Positions 37,916 to 45,380 of a DNA stretch of 45,380 nucleotides are shown here, one piece after another (the stretch's first letter is position 1; every line of letters begins with the position of its first letter). A model generated the notes under the pieces. It made no database searches. It worked only from the letters and a program-made list of their open reading frames with translations, and had not been told where the DNA came from. Where the stretch lies: the UHGV virus genome UHGV-0107855, one strand, 5' to 3'. A program made the translations under genes and the position numbers. The DNA comes from a virus.

Positions 37916-39316
37916 TTAGTAATAATTTGCGTTGTAAGTGCCTGCGCCGTATACCGAGCCAACAGGGATGCCAAGAACCGCCGCAATCTGCGCCGTAGCG
38001 CCGCGATTGCCCATGCCCTCCCAGAGTTTGAGGTAGTAATCACGCATAGCATTCTGCTGATCGTTCTTAAACGACTGGTCATACTGCGACTGCTGCATAT
38101 CCTGTGCACGCTTGTTGTACGCAATGTTCGCAAGCGTCTGCTGTGCGTCGAGCGTCGGCATGCCGCCGGAATAGCCCATCGCGTTGTTATAGTTAAACAG
38201 ATTGCCAATTGCGTTCTGTCGCATCTGCTCCTGCTGTGCAAGAATGTTCTGCTGTGCATTCGCCTGCTGCGCCATCAGTTCTGCAACGCTCTGCAAGCCC
38301 TGATTGGCCGTCGTATTGTAGGCGTTTGCCGCCTGATTTTCCAGATTGGCGAGGGCGTTCGCACGCGCCTGCTCGTTCTGGTTATACGCCGCATTGTAAG
38401 CGTTGTTCTGCTGAACCATCGAGCTTTCCGCCGCACCCTGACCGGAAATGCCCGCCGCCGCAAGCTGTTCGGGAAGATCGCGCTGTGCGGTTCGGTAGTT
38501 GATATATGCCTGCCGCGCTGCATCATCATAGCTCTGGTTCATCGTCGGCATCAGCTGTCGGTACTGCGCCGCTGCCTGTTCCGCCGCCTGTGTGTACGCA
38601 TCCTGCTGCTTGGAGATCGCATCCTCGTAATACTGGTTGTACTGATCTGCATATTTCTGAGTCTGCCGCAGCTGATTGATATATGCCTGCATGGCAAGCT
38701 GGTTCTGATCGTCCACATACTGATTCAGATTAGCATTTGCCTGTGCTTTTTTCTGTCGTGCATCCGCAATAGACTGCAAATAGTCAATGTCGGTCGAGCC
38801 GCCGTTTACCGACTGCCAGAACGTGTTGCCGAGGTCGGTATTCTTGTAGTCCGCACTCGGAATTGAACTGTGATTGTTGTTCTGGTTTTTGAGCTGATTG
38901 TAAGCGTTCAGGCCGATATTAGCCAGTCCGCCGATCAGGTTTCCGGCTGCCGCAGCCGATTTACTGCCCGCAGTCGGTGCGCTCCATGTGCCCGTCTTGC
39001 CGTCATAGGTGTAGCCGTGACTGCTGTACAGTGCCTTGTTCTTCTCCTGCAGCGTTTTTTTCGTTGCTGCATCTGCCGTGTGCCACGCCTGCGAGTTTGC
39101 CTGCGCCTGTTTCAGCCAGTCCGGCGTAGAGGTTGCGCTGCTTGCTGTGCTGACCGTCGTGTTGTTTGACGAGCCGCCGGAAGAACTGCTGCTGCCGCGA
39201 TTCGACGAGCTCGAAGAAGAACTGCTCGTGTTGTTCTTCTTTGTGTTTGCCGCAATGGTGTTCTTAATGCCTGTTCCCAGTACCTTTCCGATTGCGCCCC
39301 ACGCACTTTTCGCCAT
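37916..39316 (-). CDS. Internal virion / ejection protein (Gln/Ala/Asn-rich coiled coil)
   Basis: MAKSAWGAIG.., poly-Ser linker, LAAAGISGQGAAESS motif; RBS aaggag. Confidence 0.7.
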   Translation of the reverse strand: MAKSAWGAIGKVLGTGIKNTIAANTKKNNTSSSSSSSSNRGSSSSSGGSSNNTTVSTASSATSTPDWLKQAQANSQAWHTADAATKKTLQEKNKALYSSHGYTYDGKTGTWSAPTAGSKSAAAAGNLIGGLANIGLNAYNQLKNQNNNHSSIPSADYKNTDLGNTFWQSVNGGSTDIDYLQSIADARQKKAQANANLNQYVDDQNQLAMQAYINQLRQTQKYADQYNQYYEDAISKQQDAYTQAAEQAAAQYRQLMPTMNQSYDDAARQAYINYRTAQRDLPEQLAAAGISGQGAAESSMVQQNNAYNAAYNQNEQARANALANLENQAANAYNTTANQGLQSVAELMAQQANAQQNILAQQEQMRQNAIGNLFNYNNAMGYSGGMPTLDAQQTLANIAYNKRAQDMQQSQYDQSFKNDQQNAMRDYYLKLWEGMGNRGATAQIAAVLGIPVGSVYGAGTYNANYY

Positions 39317-39340
39317 ATACTTTTCTCCTTTTCGTAAAAT

Positions 39341-39367
39341 AAAAGCAGGTGTTTCCACCTGCTTTTT
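39341..39367. terminator. Terminator closing the Cys/Gly-rich cassette
   Basis: AAAAGCAGGTG-tttc-CACCTGCTTTT. Confidence 0.8.
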
Positions 39368-39371
39368 GTGT

Positions 39372-40097
39372 TTAGTTGTGTTTTACAACGTTCTCGTAGT
39401 ATGCCGCCAGTTTGTCTTCCACTGCATCCTTGTCACACAGCCAAAACGACTTTGCCATGTCCGCGTAAAATTCATCATTGCCTACGCCGTGGCGCTCTGC
39501 AACCTCGCTGAGGTCGCTGTACACTGCGTTCATCGCAACCCAGAATTTCACCGGATTGCAGTTTATTCCGCGCCGCTGCATCAATTCCGTGGTCTGGTCC
39601 AGTGTCCAGTGTGCGCCGGTCGAGCCGTCGGCGTTCTTCATGCCGCGCACCCAGCGTTCCGCCATTTCACGGTTGAGCTTCGCGCCGCTGCCGCGTGCAT
39701 AGCCGAGCTGTTTGTCGCTGCCGTGTGTCTTGTCCCCTACATACGAAGTATCCCCCATACGCATAGGTTCATCACGAAACCCAATCGGGCGCATACCCTC
39801 TTCATGGTATGTCGGCATCTCGTCATACTCGGGATATTCCGCGCTGCTGTGCGGGGCAAATCTGCCGTTGGAATAGCGCGTATAGCCGCGCATCTCCAGT
39901 TCTCTGCCGCCGTGGAATCGTTCGTCGTAGTAGCTCTGTGGCTCATCATAACCGTAAGGCTCAATATGATTGTACCGATACCGCACGCCGTAGTGCTGAC
40001 GATCTTCGGGGTACGCCTTGCGGGTTCTCCATTCCTCCGGTGCAAAGTCGCTTCTGCGGTTTCGCTGCATCAGCAGCATCATAGTACCTCTTTTCAT
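39372..40097 (-). CDS. Cassette protein: Tyr/Arg/Glu low-complexity N-half plus a helical C-domain
   Basis: WVRGMKNADGSTGAHWTLDQT..FWVAMNAVYSD..DKDA..KLAAYY. Confidence 0.8.
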   Translation of the reverse strand: MKRGTMMLLMQRNRRSDFAPEEWRTRKAYPEDRQHYGVRYRYNHIEPYGYDEPQSYYDERFHGGRELEMRGYTRYSNGRFAPHSSAEYPEYDEMPTYHEEGMRPIGFRDEPMRMGDTSYVGDKTHGSDKQLGYARGSGAKLNREMAERWVRGMKNADGSTGAHWTLDQTTELMQRRGINCNPVKFWVAMNAVYSDLSEVAERHGVGNDEFYADMAKSFWLCDKDAVEDKLAAYYENVVKHN

Positions 40098-40109
40098 GCC
40101 GTCACCCCC

Positions 40110-40496
40110 TTACGTTGTCGGTGCAGTTCCGTTGATGGACCGCAGCGCGTTAGAGTGAGAGCAGCAGGAATTACCGAGCATACAGAAACTGCCGCCGCTG
40201 GACGAAGTGACAACGCGACACAGGTATTTGTGGCGGGTGTCCAGATTAAACACTGTCGCCTGAGCGCCGTTGCATTTCAGCAGCGGATACGTTACCGTTC
40301 CGTCCCCGATGGTGATTACCACCGGCGCGCCGATGATCGTTGTTGACGGAATGTTCTGCGCGATTACGATTCCGTAAACGCAGCCGTTCTGGTAGTCCCC
40401 CGCCGGAATGTTCACCGTCAGTACACCGCTTGTGTAAGTGACCGCCTGTGAGATACGCAGGTTCGGACACAGTTTTTGTACAGGCTTGCAAGCCAT
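40110..40496 (-). CDS. Cassette protein: Cys-rich beta-sandwich-like
   Basis: 128 aa, 7 Cys, alternating beta pattern; RBS aggaggg. Confidence 0.8.
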   Translation of the reverse strand: MACKPVQKLCPNLRISQAVTYTSGVLTVNIPAGDYQNGCVYGIVIAQNIPSTTIIGAPVVITIGDGTVTYPLLKCNGAQATVFNLDTRHKYLCRVVTSSSGGSFCMLGNSCCSHSNALRSINGTAPTT

Positions 40497-40555
40497 AACT
40501 ATTCCCTCCTGTCAAAGGCAGGGGGATTGCTCCCCCTCCTGAATATCGTATCTCA

Positions 40556-41350
40556 TCAGCCGCAGGTGTTGCAGCCGCAGCCGGAAAACTGGTAAGGTGC
40601 CGGAACCGGGAACGCCGGTACCGGAGCCGGACGCAGAGCGTTTACAAGGTAGTTGTTCTGCGCCTCCTGAGAAGCCGCGAACTTGAGCGTCTGGTTCTCA
40701 TTCTGGAGTGCCGCGATCTTCTCCGCCTGACGGGTGTTCTCCATCTGGTCGAGGCGTGCAATAATGCGGTCGGTGTCGTTGTGCGCAGTCTGGATAATGT
40801 CACGCGCATTGGTTGCCGCATTGTAGTTGGTCTCGCAGAAACCGCGCTCGATCTGACGCTGCGTGTCGCAGCAGCAGCTTGCCATCTGCGTACCCAGTGC
40901 GGTAAGACCGGCGGTTACGCCGTTAAAGCCGGTGTTCATGTTCTGGTTTACGCCGTTGATAAGCTGTGCATTCTGATAGCCAAGCTGGCAAATCGCGTTA
41001 TCTACGCCGTGAAAGCCGTTGGAAACATTGTTGCCGAGGGTGTTAAAACCGGTCAGCATGCCGTTGTTAACGGCGTAAAAGCCGTCACAAAGGCCGTTCT
41101 GGATGCCAAGAACCGAACGAGACAGGTCGTTGAAGTTGAACTCGCTGCACAGGTCACTGCGCGTTACTGCACCCTGATAGCCTGCGCCGTTGCCGCCGTT
41201 GTTGCCCCAGCCCCAGCCGTTGCCGCCGAAGATCAGCGCAATAATCAGAAATGCAAAAATCCACGAGCCATTGCCGCCCCACATACCGTCATTGCCGCCG
41301 CCGTTGTTGTCAGAGCCAAGAGCGTAGCCGGTTGCAAAATCGTTATCCAT
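40556..41350 (-). CDS. Cassette protein: Gly-rich N-terminus, TM helix, Asn-rich coiled coil, CCC motif, CGCNTCG tail
   Basis: WIFAFLIIALIFGG; QMASCCCDTQR; heptad-rich C-half. Confidence 0.85.
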   Translation of the reverse strand: MDNDFATGYALGSDNNGGGNDGMWGGNGSWIFAFLIIALIFGGNGWGWGNNGGNGAGYQGAVTRSDLCSEFNFNDLSRSVLGIQNGLCDGFYAVNNGMLTGFNTLGNNVSNGFHGVDNAICQLGYQNAQLINGVNQNMNTGFNGVTAGLTALGTQMASCCCDTQRQIERGFCETNYNAATNARDIIQTAHNDTDRIIARLDQMENTRQAEKIAALQNENQTLKFAASQEAQNNYLVNALRPAPVPAFPVPAPYQFSGCGCNTCG

Positions 41351-41491
41351 TTGAAAATCTCCTTTTCAGTATATATTTGAACGGAACCGCGCGTATTCCG
41401 AACATGACAAATTCATGCCGGATTTTTCTTCAAGATTCCGTAACTGAAAAGGAAACCGTAAAAAATCGTCTGTTTTTTTACAGTTTCGTAT

Positions 41492-41719
41492 TTACTTGAT
41501 CTTCATGCCGAACTGCTGTGCAAACTGGTCGAGGTCGATTCCCCGCTCTTTGGCAATGTTCATCGCCATCTGCCGCAGTGCATCCGGGCTTTTCCCCTGC
41601 ATACTCTGCATGAGCTGGTTCACCATCGGATTGTTTCCCGTCATCTGGTTCAGCATCGTCATAGGGTTTCCGCCGTTCCGCATCAGCTGCAAAACCTGCA
41701 TCATCGGGTTATTCATCAT
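41492..41719 (-). CDS. Cassette protein: Met/Asn/Gln-rich small helical protein (NPM repeats)
   Basis: MMNNPMMQ..GNPMTML..NNPMVNQ. Confidence 0.8.
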   Translation of the reverse strand: MMNNPMMQVLQLMRNGGNPMTMLNQMTGNNPMVNQLMQSMQGKSPDALRQMAMNIAKERGIDLDQFAQQFGMKIK

Positions 41720-42086
41720 GCTTCGGCCCTCCTAACTGGTCGCATAAGGTATTGAACCGTGCTTTCAGCTCGTCAAACTCGCCCCTCGCTACATAGTCAG
41801 GTTTTGGCGCATCCTGATCCTGCACTCTGCGGTACAAAGCAAAGTCCGCACAGCCGGTTTGCAGGTTTAATTGTTTGGTGTAGATTGCGCCGTGTGCCGT
41901 ATCTGGCATGATAGTCAATGCGCCCGTGAAATCGGTCTGTACGGCACGCGCTTCTTCCACGCTTGCGACAGGCCTAACAAGGTGCTGCGGCGACTGTACA
42001 GGCTGCTGAACCTGCTGCTGTGGGTACTGCTGCGGCTGATACTGCGGCGTATAACCGCCGTATCCGTAAGGTGCTCCATATGCCAT
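41709..42086 (-). CDS. Cassette protein: Tyr/Gln/Pro-rich N-terminus plus a small globular domain
   Basis: MAYGAPYGYGG..PVASVEEARA..IYTKQLN..YVARGEFDELK; TAATG-coupled. Confidence 0.8.
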   Translation of the reverse strand: MAYGAPYGYGGYTPQYQPQQYPQQQVQQPVQSPQHLVRPVASVEEARAVQTDFTGALTIMPDTAHGAIYTKQLNLQTGCADFALYRRVQDQDAPKPDYVARGEFDELKARFNTLCDQLGGPKHDE

Positions 42087-42256
42087 TAGCCCAGCACCTC
42101 CGTAACGTGTTCGCTGATGGACTTGCGCGCAGCCTCTTTGTATGCAAGATATTCCTCCAGATACTCCGTGTTGCCTGCTTCGCGGTAGTCCTCTGCAACG
42201 CGCCGAGCGCAAACAGGGTCGTAGCCCAGCAACTCAAGACGTTGTTCGTAACTCAT
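42086..42256 (-). CDS. Cassette protein: small helical hypothetical (56 aa)
   Basis: MSYEQRLELLGYDPVCARRVAEDY..; RBS aaggag; below the ORF-track cutoff. Confidence 0.7.
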   Translation of the reverse strand: MSYEQRLELLGYDPVCARRVAEDYREAGNTEYLEEYLAYKEAARKSISEHVTEVLG

Positions 42257-42309
42257 AGGCGTTCACTCCTTATACTTTCAGTATAAGGCTTTTCACTGTC
42301 CCGAACCTG

Positions 42310-42510
42310 TCATAAAACTCGCAATATTTTACGTTTGATGCAGTTTAGCTTGCGGTACACGGTGCTTTCGCTCATATGCAGTGTAAGTCCAATCTCAACG
42401 ATAGAACGCGCCGATGCCCTCATGTCGAACACGGCGCGTTCCTCGTCTGTAAAGTTGCATTCCTGCCGGAGGTATTCCACCTCCGGTCTTGTAAACTCCG
42501 TTAATTTCAT
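42310..42510 (-). CDS. LuxR/GerE / sigma-r4-like HTH regulator
   Basis: NFTDEERAVFDMR..SIVEIGLTLHMSESTVYRKL..IKRKI. Confidence 0.8.
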   Translation of the reverse strand: MKLTEFTRPEVEYLRQECNFTDEERAVFDMRASARSIVEIGLTLHMSESTVYRKLNCIKRKILRVL

Positions 42511-42564
42511 GCGGTTATCCCCTTGTTATGGTGTCACCGCATATCTTTCCCCTCGTTTTTTCTC

Positions 42565-43302
42565 TTAGTCGTACAGATGTGCTCTGTCGTTGATAACCAG
42601 CAGGCGCAGCAGGTCGGTGCTCAGTGCCAGCTTGCCCTGATCGTCGCCCTGCAAAAAGCCCTTGTTCACGAGCTTCTGTACGGTTGCCTTGCCCCATGCG
42701 GGCACTGCGTCTACCGTGTCGTAAACCTTCTTTGCCTTTTCAGCGTTGGCGATCTCCTGCTTTACAATGTTTCGTGTCTGCTGTTCCGTCATATCTTCAA
42801 CCTCTTTCTCTGTCAGCATGGTTTTGAACTTCTGCCACAACTGTGGATTGCGTACCCACGGTTCGGGACAATTTTTCCTCGTCACATCATAGTGACGGCA
42901 CACGCGCGATACCGGAATATGGTACTTTGCCATCAGCTCGCGGGTCAGCTTTGCTGCACGCTTCATGGTCTCTTCCGGGATAACGTACACGCCATTACGG
43001 ATAACGCTGCACATTTCAATTCCAATAGAATTAGCGTTCCGGCAGTCGTTGTAGTAACTGCCGCCTGCTTCCTTGCCGCAATGCCACGCCGTGTCCGTGT
43101 CCTTTACGCTCTGGTAAATCTCGTTCGGGTCTACAAAGTAGTGCGCACTGGTACGCAGGCCGCTTTCTCTTGCAAAAAAATCTGCATTGTTCTGTGCCGT
43201 ATCGCCGTTGTTCGCGGTGAAATGCAGAACAATCCAGTGCACAGGAAACTCTCTGCCCTTGCGGTAGTTGCTTGGGTTACAGCCCTTAAAAATGATTTTC
43301 AT
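42565..43302 (-). CDS. Endolysin, N-acetylmuramoyl-L-alanine amidase (Amidase_2)
   Basis: IVLHFTA..SAHYFVD..AWHCG..NSIGIEMC..RHYDVTRKNCP. Confidence 0.92.
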   Translation of the reverse strand: MKIIFKGCNPSNYRKGREFPVHWIVLHFTANNGDTAQNNADFFARESGLRTSAHYFVDPNEIYQSVKDTDTAWHCGKEAGGSYYNDCRNANSIGIEMCSVIRNGVYVIPEETMKRAAKLTRELMAKYHIPVSRVCRHYDVTRKNCPEPWVRNPQLWQKFKTMLTEKEVEDMTEQQTRNIVKQEIANAEKAKKVYDTVDAVPAWGKATVQKLVNKGFLQGDDQGKLALSTDLLRLLVINDRAHLYD

Positions 43303-43757
43303 TTTTCCTCATCTCCGATTTTGTCCACTGCATCCTTTGCGGCGGAAAGTGCCTTTTGCAGCCACGCCGGGACAGGCGCACCGAGGGAAACCGCGTTCTC
43401 AACGATAGAGCCGAGTTCCGTCAGCGTGTACCAGACTACTACCAGAGGGCACAGTAGAACCGTATATTCAAACGGAAGCGTCACGCCCGGCAGATGGTCA
43501 CAAATCATACCGATAAGCAAATCCGCGCCGCCTGCGACTGCAACCACTACGATGGAACCGACTTTGTGAAAAATGCCGTCCCTTGCCGCCTTACTCGACC
43601 ATTTTCCTTTCTGCATTGCCGCCGCCGTGCCGGTCAGATAGTCCGCCGCCATCGCTGCCACAAACAGCACAACCAGCCAGCCGAACCACCCCCAAAGTGC
43701 GGTAAGCACCGCAATGCCCGCCGCAACAGCGGCTTTGAACTCGTTTACATTATTCAT
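43299..43757 (-). CDS. Holin (phage holin 4_1-like)
   Basis: DYLTG..S..GIFHK..ELGSIVENA..LGAPVP; three TM segments; overlaps the endolysin start. Confidence 0.88.
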   Translation of the reverse strand: MNNVNEFKAAVAAGIAVLTALWGWFGWLVVLFVAAMAADYLTGTAAAMQKGKWSSKAARDGIFHKVGSIVVVAVAGGADLLIGMICDHLPGVTLPFEYTVLLCPLVVVWYTLTELGSIVENAVSLGAPVPAWLQKALSAAKDAVDKIGDEEK

Positions 43758-43800
43758 TTTATTCTCCTTTGCGCGTTTTCTTTCTCTTTGCGCGTATGAG

Positions 43801-44007
43801 TTACGCTGCCGTACCGCCATATTCAGCCGGTACCAGCTCCGGCATACCGCACTCATCAATCAGGATTTCCGAGACCTGCTTTTTCAGCTTCTTCGGCACC
43901 TGCTCAAACTCACACTTGCCGAGGATTACTCTCTGAGCAAACAACATTGCCATCATAATAACCGTCCTTTCAAAACGTTCTTTCAGTGTGTTGATAAACT
44001 TACGCAT
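43801..44007 (-). CDS. Small tail-associated protein (XkdX-like position)
   Basis: MAMLFAQRVILGK..FEQVP..LKKQV..L; typical position between fibre and holin. Confidence 0.6.
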   Translation of the reverse strand: MRKFINTLKERFERTVIMMAMLFAQRVILGKCEFEQVPKKLKKQVSEILIDECGMPELVPAEYGGTAA

Positions 44008-44347
44008 AGACGACTTCCGCCATCTCTGCGATACAATCTTCATAGAAACTCTGCTGATCTGTCAGCGCCGAAACCTGCTGTTTCAGCTTCGCGTTCTCTT
44101 CCTGCAGCGTCTCCACCGTCACCGGCTTCTCCGGCTCGGTCTCCGAATGTTCCGCGTCATACGCACTAAGCGCGTCCTGATTGACCGCCACCGCAGTAAC
44201 CACGTTGTCCTCATCAACGGTTACTGTGCAAAATCCCTTAGTATCAAGGTACGCACTCAGCAATTCGTCCGGAAGGACGGCGCAGCCATCAAAAGTCTGG
44301 CCCATCGGGTTGCCGAGGTTTTTACCGTCTTTTTTGATAAAATACAT
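44000..44347 (-). CDS. Putative fibre chaperone / XkdW-like protein
   Basis: C-terminal coiled coil LQEENAKLKQQV..EDCIAEMAEVVY. Confidence 0.6.
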   Translation of the reverse strand: MYFIKKDGKNLGNPMGQTFDGCAVLPDELLSAYLDTKGFCTVTVDEDNVVTAVAVNQDALSAYDAEHSETEPEKPVTVETLQEENAKLKQQVSALTDQQSFYEDCIAEMAEVVYA

Positions 44348-44359
44348 ACTTGTCCCTCC

Positions 44360-45380
44360 TTAACCGAGCGCGATAACTTTGTAGGTGACATTTCTTTCGT
44401 TTAACTGGTAGGCATAGCTGGAACCATTATAAAATGACAAAGTTTTACCGCTCCATGTTAGCATTGCATAAATTCGAGCGTATTCATATACACTTGCAAC
44501 CGGTGAACCGTTCACCGCGTACATGTGATAATATGCTTCATTGATATTTTGCACAAACACCACTTTCGGCACAAAATCAAAGGTCAGCGTCGTTTTGTGA
44601 CTGTCTCCGTAAGTACCTGTGCCAACGTAGCTCATCTCCTGCACGCGCACCATACCGGCACCGCAAAGCTGCTCAACAATAGAGGGTGATGCGTCAGCAT
44701 ACGCCGCTTTTGTGCCGCGTGCTATCACAACGAACTTGCCGTTGCCGTAGCACACAGACTGCCAGGAACCCGATATCGGCAGTGTTGCTGCTGTCCATGT
44801 GATACCGTCCGTGCTGTATGCCGCTTTGGCGCTGTTGCCTGCTACCGCAACGAACTTGCCGTTGCCGTAGCACACAGACTGCCAGTTTTCCGAACTCGGC
44901 AGTTCTGTCGCTGTCCATGTGATGCCGTCCGTGCTGTATGCCGCTTTGGCGCTGTTGCCTGCTACCGCAACGAACTTGCCGTTGCCGTAGCACACAGACT
45001 GCCAGTTTTCCGAACTCGGCAGTTCTGTCGCTGTCCATGTGATGCCGTCCGTGCTGTATGCCGCTTTGGTGCTGTTGTATGTCACCGCAACAAACTTGCC
45101 GTTGCCGTAACATACAGACACCCAGAAATCCGATATCGGCAGCGTTGCTGCTGTCCATGTGATACCGTCCGTGCTGTATGCCGCTTTGGTGCTGTAGGAT
45201 GCCACCGCAACAAACTTGCCGTTGCCGTAGCACACAGACTGCCAGGAATCCGATATCGGCAGTGTTGCTGCTGTCCATGTGATACCGTCCGTGCTGTATG
45301 CCGCTTTGGCGCTGTTGCCTGCTACCGCAACGAACTTGCCGTTGCCGTAGCACACAGACTGCCAGTTTTCCGAACTCGGC
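44360..45380 (-). CDS. Tail fibre 3' part: 40-aa Asp-box repeats plus C-terminal domain
   Basis: In frame with 2231..1 across the junction; [25 protein letters not shown] repeats. Confidence 0.88.
   Translation of the reverse strand, partial: PSSENWQSVCYGNGKFVAVAGNSAKAAYSTDGITWTAATLPISDSWQSVCYGNGKFVAVASYSTKAAYSTDGITWTAATLPISDFWVSVCYGNGKFVAVTYNSTKAAYSTDGITWTATELPSSENWQSVCYGNGKFVAVAGNSAKAAYSTDGITWTATELPSSENWQSVCYGNGKFVAVAGNSAKAAYSTDGITWTAATLPISGSWQSVCYGNGKFVVIARGTKAAYADASPSIVEQLCGAGMVRVQEMSYVGTGTYGDSHKTTLTFDFVPKVVFVQNINEAYYHMYAVNGSPVASVYEYARIYAMLTWSGKTLSFYNGSSYAYQLNERNVTYKVIALG
44700..45380 (-). repeat. 120-bp coding tandem repeat (continues at 1-125)
   Basis: Period exactly 120 bp (44761, 44881, 45001, 45121, 45241, 45361). 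Confidence 0.95.

Noticed and set aside
31810..40346. Large plus-strand ORFs (31810-33570, 34738-36474, 37784-38866, 39036-40346)
   Set aside because: Antisense shadows of GC3-rich minus-strand genes; no RBS or recognisable motifs.
44360..45380. Diversity-generating retroelement acting on the fibre
   Set aside because: No reverse transcriptase gene, no separate template repeat, and repeat differences are not adenine-specific.

Overview
The window looks like a complete, circularly permuted 45.4-kb temperate phage genome in excised (attP) form. Its two ends join in frame inside the tail-fibre gene. A Firmicutes-type LexA box, the holin/amidase families and the gene content point to a gut Clostridia host (inference). 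The architecture is podovirus-like: terS, terL, portal, scaffold, capsid, adaptor, nozzle, collagen/propeller fibre, lysis genes and two large ejection-type proteins, with no tape-measure or tail-tube gene. It also carries a tyrosine integrase, attP, a cI/cro switch and an early recombination/replication module. The most striking unexplained element is a Cas-less repeat-spacer RNA array at about 14490-15060 (minus strand), directly behind a late-type promoter. It has five 32-nt hairpin repeats with compensatory and G-U pairing and a UGCRUGAG loop, separated by unique spacers that mostly carry anti-Shine-Dalgarno tracts. Other notable features are a circularly permuted two-frame C5 methyltransferase that a single G7 tract shifts out of frame, a self-contained HTH-led cassette of Cys/Gly/Asn-rich proteins, a LexA-boxed candidate antirepressor antisense to cI, a displaced iteron origin and an operator-controlled accessory operon. 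Family assignments come from motif recognition only; no searches were run.
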